Below, in pieces: positions 1-9,869 of a DNA stretch of 64,000 nt. The notes below the pieces were generated by a model. That model was not told the origin of the DNA, made no database searches, and saw only the letters and a list, made by a program, of their open reading frames with translations. The translations under genes were made by a program, and so were the position numbers. The DNA comes from Candidatus Omnitrophota bacterium (GTDB lineage: Bacteria > Omnitrophota > Gorgyraeia > Zapsychrales > JAHFFX01), in the NCBI GenBank assembly GCA_023247705.1, contig JAHFFY010000004.1, forward strand, positions 2,561-66,560, in the 5' to 3' direction. Numbering within the stretch: the first letter of the stretch is position 1; each line of letters begins with the position of its first letter.

Positions 1-53
1 GGTTCGGTCAATGGGCGGAAAAAGAGAAAGAACAATTCGGCTTACAGGACATT

Positions 54-3000
54 TTGCAAGGGATCACACGATTGGTGGTCACGCCCCAAGAAAGGAAGGT
101 CCTCGAGAAAGAGACCGGAGAGTTGCTCGGGGGCGATTTCGCCCTGGCCAGAAAGAATAAAGCGGTCGTCAAGTTAAGCAAAGTGGTCGGGTTGTCGGTC
201 TCGGTGGGTGTCGGTGGCGTTTGGTTATATCTGGCGAATGAGCGATCTCATTTAGCGCAACAGATCCCTTCCTCTGTGCAAAAGCCGATCACCTCATCCG
301 AAACTCCGCAGGAGAATTCCGCTCCACAAACCGAAGCGGCAAAAGAGACCGCTCTAGAAGAAAGTCAAAAATTAACCGGGTTGATGTCTTTGGTGGAAGG
401 ATCGAAGGTCAGCGATGAAGTCAATCGCGCAAATAAAGAGAGAGCGATTCAGAATGTCCAAGCGGAGATTGAGCGTTTGAAGAAATCGGCTCAAGAGGTC
501 GAACAAAAGACCACAACCGTCACCGCCGATGTCCAGCAGTCCCGTCAGCGAATAGAATCTGATTTTAATTCCAAAATAGAAGAATTAAGAGATTTAGCGG
601 GAAAACACGAGGGAGTAAGCCCGCATCATGTCGTCCCAACCGAGGAGAAATGGTATAAATTGAAGGCAACCAAAGAGGTGAAACTGGCATCTCAAGAGAA
701 GAAAGGTCAGGATGAATCAAAAGTGGAATTGAAAGGCGATGGCGGTCTGCGTACGGTTCCGACTGGTCATGGAGGCAGCGATTATTCCGGCCTCGGCACG
801 GAATGGGAGGCGAATTTTGAGAGTGCCTCGCCATTTTTGTCTTTAGGGAGTTTTACCCAGGTGAATTATACCAATGGGTATCTTGTCCCGCGTAAAAGCC
901 AACCGCAGGTGTGGTCCTTAAAGAAACAGGAAGTGACGCGGGAATGGGTAATCCAATCCTCCAAAGGAAAAAGCCAGCTGCAGCTCGCGGTCCCGCCGGG
1001 TTATGTGATTGTCGGTCTTGAAACCAAAGAGCTGGTGGAAGGAACCATTTATTATGACCCGGTCCATCAAACCTGGCATCTGGCCTCGGAACAAAATTCC
1101 AAACAAGTCAAGGTTTACGTCCGTAAAGCTAAACCGAGAGAATTGCCGGTCTATAAACAATCCCTTCTTTTAGTAAATGATCAAGGGCAGGCTTTAAGTG
1201 CGGCAGCGATTCAGACCGCTTTTCAAAAGGATTTCCCGAAGGAGATGCTGGACCTTTTCGATTTGGCCAAAAGTTTATCGCTGGAAGAGAAGCTGGAATT
1301 GCGTCGGATGCTTCTCGATCTCAAAATTTTTTATTATACCACCAATCCCTATTTGACCGATGTTACGAAGGGGATGACCCTGGTGCAAGAGATGTTTTTT
1401 ACCCTGGCGCATCAATGCAATGGTTTTGCTTCCTTTAACAGCATTCTCTCGTTTGCTTTGGGTATTCTCGAGAAAGAGTATGCCATGGATGGGTACTGGG
1501 ATACAAACGGGAGCAGATTTGTGACCAGAGGAAATGGACATAATTGGAACATGTCTCAGGGCAACGTATTGAATCAGCCGCAGATCGGCGAATCGTCTCC
1601 TTTTTATCAAAAGGTCGGCGTCACGGAGGCGGAATGGACCAGGGAAATAACCGAGGTGATTCTCCCCCGGGCCCAAAGACTGCGCGCACTTCTTCCCAAG
1701 ATGCTTGAGATGATCACATTGAGACGCGAGCAGAAAAAGATTGAAACGGCGATCCAGGCCGAAGAGGAAAAACTAAAAAAGGTGAGCGAAGAAAAGCCGG
1801 CCAGACAAGACGGTGAAATCAGCCCGTACTATAAAGACAATCAAGAGTACTATTTTAAGTTAGTCGCCGGTTATCAGGAAAAAATAACCCAGCTTAAGAG
1901 GGATACCTTAACCAAGGAGACGATGGCAACGTTGATTGATTGGGGCTCTGAATTCAGCCGGTCATTGGTGCGGGGAGCGGTGGCGCCCCAGGGCAAGGGA
2001 GGCAAAGGGGTAGAGACACTTCTTCCTTCTGGACAATTAAAAAATATCTTGAAAGGTCAGCCCAAGGATCAGTCGAAGTCCGGCGCTTTGTTTGTTTTTT
2101 ACAATCCCTATGAACTCATGGCCGCGACGGATTATGCCCTCGAGATGCTTTCGGAATTGAATAATAAATTGTGGCGATTTCCTGCCCCAGACTATCCCAT
2201 GATGGAGCGGATCGCGCAAGTTAAAAAAGACATCTTCACGGCGGTGAAGGCGTTTGCCCGTCAGAATAATTGGGAATTGTATGAGCCCTTGGTCATGGAT
2301 CCGATCCGCTTACAGGATGGGACGCTCACGGATTTGGCGGATGGTGGAAATGCCGCCACCCCAAGCTATCTCATTGACCGGCTCAATAAAGATGACAATA
2401 TAACGGATGGAAATGATCTGATGACTTTTGATCTTCGGGACACGTTGGTGGATTTTCAAAAGGATTTGTTTTTATTTAAGTACGAACAAGACGAACAGTA
2501 TAGCGGAGGCGTAAGAACCCGCGCAGCGGAAACGGGATATCATTTAAAGGGAAAAAGATCCGGCCAGTATAAAGACCGACGGATTCCGGCCTTAAATTTG
2601 TCGCTGTATAATTATCCGTTTCCGAATGAAGAATGGCTGGCGGTTGGAACTGATCCGAATGGTAAAACGTTTTTTTTGGGGCCGGTCGCTGAGCGGGAAC
2701 GGCTGAACGATTTGCCGACCGAGGTCCGCAAGGATTTATTTCTTTTACCTAAAAATATTTTTGTGCTCAATGGAGAATTATTGGTCTGGTACAGGGATTC
2801 TCAGGGGCAGTATCGTCTCGGGGGAAGTTATTCCGAACATCATCACTTAGCCGACCGCATTTTTTTTACGACCACCACCCTGAGACAGTTACCCAATGGA
2901 ACGGTCATGTTTTTTGGTTATGAAAATTCCCGCTGGAAGTTGTTTATTTTGGATAAAACTGCGGTCGAAGAAGTTGATTTGGATTCTGTGACGCAGGAAA

Positions 3001-6000
3001 GAGTCGCTAGTGTGCAGGAGTTTGCTGTTTATTCCGATGGGCGCTGGGCCACGGTGCTGACGTATCAATCGGGATTACAAGGATATTTTGGGACAAAAGT
3101 TAAGCAGGCCGGGCTTTTTGATCCGGCCGAACGTTATAAGATCGCACGTATTCCAGTTGAGACCCCACAGAAAGGAATCATCGCTGCAGTGGAAGACCAA
3201 GGTGGATCATACTATATCGAATTTGACAGCGATGTTATTGAGCAAATTTCCGAGATTAAAAACGATCAACATCTTTTGGGGGCAGAGAATCCCATCTTTT
3301 TCCCTAACGGAAGTCCGGCTTTTTTAATCCAGCGGCGCGATAGAAAGTGGGTATGGGTGAGTGATCGGGCCGGTGCATCAACGGTCTTAATGCGATATCC
3401 CCTGAACAGAGTATTGGGAACCGCCTCTGGGGCTTCCTTGGAAATTTCAAATCAGCATAAGACCAAAGACGGTCGCTGGGTTGCTGAGGTGGCTTTATCT
3501 AAACAACCTGGCGTGAGGGATCTAGATATTCCTATCCCGGGTGTAAGGGGAAGCTTCGTGATTTTACCTAACGGCGAATGGTTTATGCGTATGCCTTTTA
3601 AAAAGGTCGAGACGGCGATTCAAATGGGCCCTGCCGGTTCATCGACAACGACCGTTGAGAAGAATTATGTCCGGCTTTGGGGGTCATGGTATGAGAGTCA
3701 ACGATCTCACATTCTGGCCACAGACGAGATTTTTACGAACGTTTTTGATCCCATTTTCGCGGTTGGTCCCGATGGAAAGGCGGATGCGTCCCGTTACCTG
3801 TTACTCTATTCCAACGATGAGAACGGTGTGATTTGGAAGGTCAAAGGCCCGCTGGCGCCTTATGTGGGATTATCTGAACAGGAGAGTTATCAACTTGATG
3901 CAATACCTATTCAGGAGACAGCGGATGGACAGATTGTTTTAAATTTGGTTAAAATGGCTCCAGATGGAAATATATTATATAATTTTTCTCCTGTCGTGAA
4001 TCTTTTTCCCCGGAGCCATCATTTTCTGAATCGGGTTATCGCTTTATATAATATTCCGGTTTCAGCCGTTGATGCCAATGAACACATCCCAGAGGAACGG
4101 ATCGATCTGCGCTGGGAACATTTTTCCCGGCTGGTCCCGGCGATCGATGCGACATTGAATTCCCCTAACACCCTGGGGGCGGGAAATTACACGGAAACGT
4201 GGAGTTATCTGGGCGACCTTTTGATGGATATGGAAAACGATCCCAACGGGCGGTATTTTGATCCACAACGCGTCGCGGAAATCCTTCGTTCCTATAAAAA
4301 GATTGTGGCCCAGCTGCTGTTTCATTATTCGGATTCTTCAGCTCAAGACATCGTCAGCTTTAATGAGTTGAAGAGATATACCGATGTCTTGATTGATCAC
4401 GGACTGCATGAGGTGGTCGTTGAGATCTTGGAAGAACTCTACAAAATTCTTTTGAACAAAGAGGCAGAAAAGCCCGCGTCGATGACTTCGGCCAAAGACA
4501 TTGTTTCCCTCCTGACGCCGCAGCAATGGCGGAATGGTATTGAGGCCTATGAAAAATTTCTTCAGGAACAGTTCAAATTAGATAGACGGACCAAAAGCAT
4601 CTATCTGCATAAATATCATTTTGAACCCAGCGATCACCACCGGGTGGATGAATTAAATGCCTTTGCCTCGATTTTCCTGGATGATGCAGCAGTGAACAAA
4701 TTGAGCGGTTATGGGCAGAGGATTGATTCTCTGACGCAGTGGATTCAGGATCTCAATATTCCTTTCCAATATTCTTCGGTCAAGGCCGCCCCGGGATTGA
4801 AAGATATTTTTATCCTTTTACATCAAGGTTTAAAAGGGGATCGACGGAATTTTGATGTGGAGTTCACCCAAGAAACACGATCGAGCCTTTTGTATAAAAT
4901 GGTCAAACTCATCCGCGGCAATACCGATCGACTGAAAGTCAATCTTGCCCATCCGTTGGCGAGTACCGAAGAATATCTCCAGGAACGCCGGGACTGGGAT
5001 TGGGTCAATCAACGCATGACCCGGATGTTGGGGGATGATTTCAACGGCCCTCACAATATCGGGGATGTGGTCACGACATTGATTGAAGAAGCGCATCACG
5101 ATGCTGCGACGTTGTTTGTCTTGGCGGCTTTTTTAACTTTTGTCTCAAGTTTTTTTTCTGATTTCCTGCGCAGAAGAAATATCACCCTGAGCCAAAACCC
5201 CAAGAAAGTGGTGGAACAATTTATCGCAGAAAATCCCTGGCTGGAAGGCTGGGGCGAAGTCGAGGGGATCAAGGATTTTCTTTTAGAGATCTTGAAGTCG
5301 GGAAAACTGATGACCCCCGAACAAGAAGAAAGATTACGCTCGATCCGCCAGCAGACTTCTTCGAATGAAGATCGCATGATCATCGACGCGATTCTGGCAT
5401 TGCCATTTGAATATCCCGCGAAGTCCTCGATGAGTTTGACCGCGATGGGGTTGATTGTCGATCATCTCAATGGGGATACCACTATTGAGCCGTATCGAGA
5501 CCGTAAAAAAATGACCCAGGCCATTTTGGATTTGGTTGAAAATATTAAGGCCGGAAAAATTCCCATCAAAGATTTTTATCCCGAACTGCGCAAGATCATT
5601 TCCCGGTTTAGCCGTGAAGAGACATCTCTCCAGGAAGATCTGACCCCGGTCGCCTTTCAGGATTTGCAGTCCGGATTACAAAATAAAAAGAAAGACGCGC
5701 GTAAGGTCATGACCGACGGCAAAGAAATCATTTCATCCGAGTATGACGGCTATGTCTCAAAACAGACCGGAGCGGGAGTGGAATTTGCTGGGGTCAGGGA
5801 ATACCGGGCCGGAGACGATTGGCGGCGGATTACTTTCGCCAGCTTGGCCTCCATGGATGGCCCTCTCCAGGTGAAGGAATCCCAAAAGGAGACGAAAGTC
5901 TCGGCAGGGATCCTTCTCGATCTGCGCGCGCTCAATAACGCTGACAACCTGGAGCAGTGGACCGAGCAGCTAGCCAACTCGTTGAAAGTTTTATATAAAA

Positions 6001-6818
6001 AATTCAGGGATGGGCTTTCCAGCGGCGGTGATTTTCAACTGAAAGGGTTGATTGTGATTCTGCCGGATGGAAATTTAAAAGAAATAAAAATCGACCGGAC
6101 GTTTCAATATCTTGAACTGGCCAATGGGATTTTTAAGATTGTCGAAAATAATTTTCCGGTGGCGTTTCAGATGTTTCGGATGCAGATGAAGGCTAAGCAG
6201 CCGGAGTTTTATACTGCGGCGGAAAAAAAGCGCTACGCCCAGAGGACCAAAGGCCTTTGGAAAGGGGAATTGAGCCAGCAAAAATTGGGACAGATGCAAC
6301 AGCGCCTTAAGGCTGATAATATTTATTTTGTTGGGGTCGATGAATCCGAACATCAATCGTTGGTTCAAAGTTTTCCGCGGTCGCGTAGTTTTTATTGGAA
6401 AGGCCAGCGGGCATATTCGATTTTGCCCAAAGACCAGGACAAAACGTTGGAGGTGTTGGAATTGGAGCCCGGGGAGAGCGTGACGGCTGCGGCGGACCGG
6501 GCGCTGTTGAAACAATCTGACATCGAACATCCTGAATCTTCAGGGCAAGACCAGATTGCTGATAAAGCCTTGTTGACTGCTGTTAAACCGCCCCCCGGTG
6601 GTATCGATCTTAACCCGGACAACCTGGATCTGCAGACGCAAGGGGAAGGAATGAATTTGAACTTTCCTTTGGATCCCAAAAACCTCGAAGGGGTCCAGAT
6701 CAACGGTCTTACGCCGGTTATTTTAGAGATCACGCCCGTTTCCAACCTGCCTTTTCTTTTAGGGTTGGGTCTCTTGAAGACTGAGCAATTGAGTCTAACT
6801 TCAGAACGTCATAACTAA
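54..6818 (+). CDS. Giant protein of unknown function, at least 2254 aa, membrane-anchored. The reading frame is open to the 5' edge of the window, so the true start may lie upstream.
   Basis: Uninterrupted 6.7-kb ORF; the first start codon in frame is TTG at 54 and there is no in-frame stop upstream within the window. Hydrophobic segment VVGLSVSVGVGGVWLYLA near residue 45. E/K/Q-rich coiled-coil stretch around residues 90-200. Second hydrophobic segment ATLFVLAAFLTFVSSFF at nt 5104-5160. C-terminal region GAGVEFAGVREYRAGDDWRRI (nt 5766-5830) resembles the DUF58 signature. C-x-x-F-A-S motif AHQCNGFASF at nt 1407-1436. GC content matches the surrounding genes. Confidence 0.75.
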   Translation: MQGITRLVVTPQERKVLEKETGELLGGDFALARKNKAVVKLSKVVGLSVSVGVGGVWLYLANERSHLAQQIPSSVQKPITSSETPQENSAPQTEAAKETALEESQKLTGLMSLVEGSKVSDEVNRANKERAIQNVQAEIERLKKSAQEVEQKTTTVTADVQQSRQRIESDFNSKIEELRDLAGKHEGVSPHHVVPTEEKWYKLKATKEVKLASQEKKGQDESKVELKGDGGLRTVPTGHGGSDYSGLGTEWEANFESASPFLSLGSFTQVNYTNGYLVPRKSQPQVWSLKKQEVTREWVIQSSKGKSQLQLAVPPGYVIVGLETKELVEGTIYYDPVHQTWHLASEQNSKQVKVYVRKAKPRELPVYKQSLLLVNDQGQALSAAAIQTAFQKDFPKEMLDLFDLAKSLSLEEKLELRRMLLDLKIFYYTTNPYLTDVTKGMTLVQEMFFTLAHQCNGFASFNSILSFALGILEKEYAMDGYWDTNGSRFVTRGNGHNWNMSQGNVLNQPQIGESSPFYQKVGVTEAEWTREITEVILPRAQRLRALLPKMLEMITLRREQKKIETAIQAEEEKLKKVSEEKPARQDGEISPYYKDNQEYYFKLVAGYQEKITQLKRDTLTKETMATLIDWGSEFSRSLVRGAVAPQGKGGKGVETLLPSGQLKNILKGQPKDQSKSGALFVFYNPYELMAATDYALEMLSELNNKLWRFPAPDYPMMERIAQVKKDIFTAVKAFARQNNWELYEPLVMDPIRLQDGTLTDLADGGNAATPSYLIDRLNKDDNITDGNDLMTFDLRDTLVDFQKDLFLFKYEQDEQYSGGVRTRAAETGYHLKGKRSGQYKDRRIPALNLSLYNYPFPNEEWLAVGTDPNGKTFFLGPVAERERLNDLPTEVRKDLFLLPKNIFVLNGELLVWYRDSQGQYRLGGSYSEHHHLADRIFFTTTTLRQLPNGTVMFFGYENSRWKLFILDKTAVEEVDLDSVTQERVASVQEFAVYSDGRWATVLTYQSGLQGYFGTKVKQAGLFDPAERYKIARIPVETPQKGIIAAVEDQGGSYYIEFDSDVIEQISEIKNDQHLLGAENPIFFPNGSPAFLIQRRDRKWVWVSDRAGASTVLMRYPLNRVLGTASGASLEISNQHKTKDGRWVAEVALSKQPGVRDLDIPIPGVRGSFVILPNGEWFMRMPFKKVETAIQMGPAGSSTTTVEKNYVRLWGSWYESQRSHILATDEIFTNVFDPIFAVGPDGKADASRYLLLYSNDENGVIWKVKGPLAPYVGLSEQESYQLDAIPIQETADGQIVLNLVKMAPDGNILYNFSPVVNLFPRSHHFLNRVIALYNIPVSAVDANEHIPEERIDLRWEHFSRLVPAIDATLNSPNTLGAGNYTETWSYLGDLLMDMENDPNGRYFDPQRVAEILRSYKKIVAQLLFHYSDSSAQDIVSFNELKRYTDVLIDHGLHEVVVEILEELYKILLNKEAEKPASMTSAKDIVSLLTPQQWRNGIEAYEKFLQEQFKLDRRTKSIYLHKYHFEPSDHHRVDELNAFASIFLDDAAVNKLSGYGQRIDSLTQWIQDLNIPFQYSSVKAAPGLKDIFILLHQGLKGDRRNFDVEFTQETRSSLLYKMVKLIRGNTDRLKVNLAHPLASTEEYLQERRDWDWVNQRMTRMLGDDFNGPHNIGDVVTTLIEEAHHDAATLFVLAAFLTFVSSFFSDFLRRRNITLSQNPKKVVEQFIAENPWLEGWGEVEGIKDFLLEILKSGKLMTPEQEERLRSIRQQTSSNEDRMIIDAILALPFEYPAKSSMSLTAMGLIVDHLNGDTTIEPYRDRKKMTQAILDLVENIKAGKIPIKDFYPELRKIISRFSREETSLQEDLTPVAFQDLQSGLQNKKKDARKVMTDGKEIISSEYDGYVSKQTGAGVEFAGVREYRAGDDWRRITFASLASMDGPLQVKESQKETKVSAGILLDLRALNNADNLEQWTEQLANSLKVLYKKFRDGLSSGGDFQLKGLIVILPDGNLKEIKIDRTFQYLELANGIFKIVENNFPVAFQMFRMQMKAKQPEFYTAAEKKRYAQRTKGLWKGELSQQKLGQMQQRLKADNIYFVGVDESEHQSLVQSFPRSRSFYWKGQRAYSILPKDQDKTLEVLELEPGESVTAAADRALLKQSDIEHPESSGQDQIADKALLTAVKPPPGGIDLNPDNLDLQTQGEGMNLNFPLDPKNLEGVQINGLTPVILEITPVSNLPFLLGLGLLKTEQLSLTSERHN

Positions 6819-6851
6819 AAATTTTTCTTACTTTGTGAAGCCAAAATATTC

Positions 6852-6880
6852 TTGCTCATGTTATAGAATGCATATATAAT
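6852..6880 (+). promoter_or_regulatory. Putative sigma70-type promoter for the ATPase gene: TTGCTC, 17-nt spacer, TATAAT.
   Basis: TTGCTC at 6852-6857 and TATAAT at 6875-6880 with a 17-nt spacer, about 38 nt upstream of the ATG at 6918. An AGAGGTG ribosome-binding site precedes the start. Confidence 0.4.
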
Positions 6881-6917
6881 AACGCTCTCATTACTCCGGA
6901 AAAAATAGAGGTGTATC

Positions 6918-8096
6918 ATGAGCAAAGAATATTCTCCCTTTACGCCAGGGGTGCCTGTTCCCATAGATTTTTTTGTTGGAAGGAATCAAGAGTTAACAAC
7001 ACTGGTTGATAAAGCAAAAGCATCTTCGTCGGGTAAATTACAGTTGGCTTTTGTTTATGGCGAACGAGGCATTGGAAAAAGTTCTTTATGTCGTATGACA
7101 CGTGTTATTGCGGAAAGTCAAGCGGATATCTTGGGGGTACATGTTTTTCTGGGAGGGGTCGTATCTCTCCCAGAAATGGCGAGACGGATTTTTGAAAAAT
7201 TTCTTAATGAAAGTATTAATAGACCATGGTATGAACAGATTAGATCGTTTTTAGGAAAACATGTCAGGGAAGTGGGGTTATTTGGAGTTAATATTGAATT
7301 CGATGCTGACAAAAAGGAACTGAATCAGTTGGTTAATGGTTTCTCAACAGCGTTGAGGACGTTAGTTCAGCAACTAAAGGATAAAAAAGGGCTATTGATT
7401 ATTCTCGATGATTCAAATGGGCTGGCTAATTTGAAAGATTTTGCGAATTGGCTTAAAAGTCTGATTGATGAGATTTCGACATCCGATCAGCCGCTCCCTT
7501 TGTTCCTGGTCTTAGCTGGATTACCAGAAAGAAGATTGCAGCTTTTTCAATCTCAACCTTCTCTGATGAGGGTGTTTGATCCAATTGAGATTAAAAAATT
7601 ATCAGAAGAAGAGACAAAAAATTTCTACAGGCAATCATTTTCTAAGGTAGGAATCAGCATTAAAGAAGAGGAATTAGCGACCCTATGGCAATACTCAGGA
7701 GGCTATCCAGTTTTAGCCCATGAGATTGGAGACGCTGTTTTTAAGATAGACATGGATAATAATATTGATAAAGATGATGCTGTTAGAGGTATTGTTAAGG
7801 CGGCTCATGTTATTGGACAGAAGTATATAGAACCTCAAGTGTATGACGCGATCAGAAGTCAGAAATACCATTCCATTTTAAGAAAATTGGCGAGAGATCC
7901 TTTTGAAAGTCAATTTCGAAAAAAAGAAATAGCCAAAGATCTTAATGAAAGCGAAAAAAAAGTTTTTGATAATTTTCTTCAACGTATGAAGAAATTAGGG
8001 ATCTTAAAAGAAGATAAGGAAGCAGGATCAGGAGCTTATCAATTTACAAGCGATTTGCATTATTTGTTTATTTGGCTTCAAGCTCAGGGGAATTGA
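6918..8096 (+). CDS. AAA+ / STAND-type NTPase (Arch_ATPase / AAA_16-like) with a C-terminal winged-helix-like region.
   Basis: Walker A YGERGIGKSS. Walker B hhhhDD as LLIILDD. GGYP motif typical of the Arch_ATPase family. Roughly 36-38% GC, clearly lower than its neighbours. Confidence 0.7.
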   Translation: MSKEYSPFTPGVPVPIDFFVGRNQELTTLVDKAKASSSGKLQLAFVYGERGIGKSSLCRMTRVIAESQADILGVHVFLGGVVSLPEMARRIFEKFLNESINRPWYEQIRSFLGKHVREVGLFGVNIEFDADKKELNQLVNGFSTALRTLVQQLKDKKGLLIILDDSNGLANLKDFANWLKSLIDEISTSDQPLPLFLVLAGLPERRLQLFQSQPSLMRVFDPIEIKKLSEEETKNFYRQSFSKVGISIKEEELATLWQYSGGYPVLAHEIGDAVFKIDMDNNIDKDDAVRGIVKAAHVIGQKYIEPQVYDAIRSQKYHSILRKLARDPFESQFRKKEIAKDLNESEKKVFDNFLQRMKKLGILKEDKEAGSGAYQFTSDLHYLFIWLQAQGN

Positions 8097-8118
8097 GCTT
8101 TGTGAAGAGGAGGAATAT

Positions 8119-8439
<321 letters not shown>

Positions 8440-8459
8440 TTTTTTATTCCTTTTCCGGT

Positions 8460-8969
8460 ATGAAAAAGAAAATTTTGATGATCATCGCCAGTCAGAAATT
8501 CAGGGACGAAGAATATCTGGTTCCCAAATCTTTTTTTGAAAAAAAAGGTTTTAAGGTCATTACGGCGAGTTCTTCTTTAAGCTCTTCCACGGGAATGCTC
8601 GGGGCAACAGCCCAAGCGGACATCCTGATTAAAAAAGTGAAAGCCGAAGATTACGATGCGGTTGTATTTGTCGGAGGATCTGGGGCGCAGGAGTATTGGT
8701 CGGATCCTTTAGCGCATGAGATTGCAAAAAAAGCGAATCAATCCGCCCAGGTGCTGGCCGCGATTTGTATTGCCCCGGTCACGTTAGCCAACGCGGGATT
8801 ATTACAGGGAAAAAAAGCGACCGTCTGGTCTTCTGAAATCAAGCAGCTTCAGGATCAAGGCGCTCAATTAAGTCAGGCCGCGGTCGTCCGCGATGGAAAA
8901 ATCATCACGGCCAACGGCCCGCAGGCGGCTTTGGATTTTGCTGAAACGATTATGGAGGCGATTGTCTGA
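8460..8969 (+). CDS. DJ-1/PfpI family protein (class I glutamine amidotransferase-like).
   Basis: About 169 aa; AAICIAP nucleophile-elbow cysteine motif; the FVGGSGA region. Confidence 0.75.
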   Translation: MKKKILMIIASQKFRDEEYLVPKSFFEKKGFKVITASSSLSSSTGMLGATAQADILIKKVKAEDYDAVVFVGGSGAQEYWSDPLAHEIAKKANQSAQVLAAICIAPVTLANAGLLQGKKATVWSSEIKQLQDQGAQLSQAAVVRDGKIITANGPQAALDFAETIMEAIV

Positions 8970-9319
8970 TGTTGATCCATTTTTGTAAATCCAAGATTGC
9001 CCATGGACGGGTGACGGAGGCTCAGTTGTATTATGAGGGGAGCATCACAATCGATGAGCGTATTCTGAAGTCGGCCGAGATCATTCCCGGAGAAAAGGTC
9101 GAGGTCTTGAACGTTAACACCGGGTCCCGTATTGAAACGTATGTGATCGCCGGGAAAGCGGGTTCGGGGCAAATTTGCCTCAATGGCCCGGCGGCGCGCT
9201 CAGGCTGTGTGGGCGATCAATTGATCATCCTCTGTTACGCCCTGATTGATCCTTCCGAAGCCAAGAAAGTGAAAACCAAAGTGATTTATCTTGATGATCA
9301 TAACAAAATTAAAAATTAG
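8969..9319 (+). CDS. panD: Aspartate 1-decarboxylase.
   Basis: KSKIAHGRVTEAQLYYEGSITID, including the Gly-Ser self-processing site. Length 116 aa. One-nucleotide TGATG overlap with the upstream gene. Confidence 0.9.
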   Translation: MLIHFCKSKIAHGRVTEAQLYYEGSITIDERILKSAEIIPGEKVEVLNVNTGSRIETYVIAGKAGSGQICLNGPAARSGCVGDQLIILCYALIDPSEAKKVKTKVIYLDDHNKIKN

Positions 9320-9869
9320 ATTGTACGGAGATCCGGTGCTCCGCCAGAAATCTTTACCAGTCAAAACCGTAGGTCCCGCCGAACGCATGTTGATTCCTTC
9401 GATGATTGAGACCATGTATCAGCATAAAGGCATCGGCTTGGCCGCGCCGCAGATCGGGATCAGCGAACAAATCCTGGTCGCGGATATCGGGGAGGGTCCC
9501 GTTGTTTTGATTAACCCTCAGATCATCAAGAAAAGCGGTTCCGACAAGATGGAAGAAGGGTGCTTAAGCATCCCCGGCATTGTCGTCAAGATCACTCGTC
9601 CTAATAAAATCGTCGTGCGATACATCAATGAGTATAACGAACCCGTTCAAAGGGAATTCGGCGAACTTTTTGCCCGCGTCATCCAGCACGAGATGGACCA
9701 TCTCAAAGGCAAACTCATCATCGATTACGCTTCTTTGTCGCAACAGATCAAAATTAAAAAACATCTCAAGGCGATTGAAGAAGGCCGCCTGCAGGATCTG
9801 CCTCAAACGGCCCCGATTCGCTCGAGAATCAAGGAAGAGCTGAATAAAGAAAAGGGAGTTTCTGCATGA
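9291..9869 (+). CDS. def: Peptide deformylase.
   Basis: Motifs GIGLAAPQIG, EGCLSIPG and QHEMDHL. Confidence 0.9.
   Translation: MMIITKLKIRLYGDPVLRQKSLPVKTVGPAERMLIPSMIETMYQHKGIGLAAPQIGISEQILVADIGEGPVVLINPQIIKKSGSDKMEEGCLSIPGIVVKITRPNKIVVRYINEYNEPVQREFGELFARVIQHEMDHLKGKLIIDYASLSQQIKIKKHLKAIEEGRLQDLPQTAPIRSRIKEELNKEKGVSA

Noticed and set aside
6075-6530. Minus-strand ORFs embedded in the giant gene (examples 6075..6530, 6392..6745, 1275..1676, 5096..5383).
   Set aside because: They lie entirely inside a strongly coding plus-strand frame, have no ribosome-binding sites and show no recognisable motifs. They are most likely antisense artefacts.
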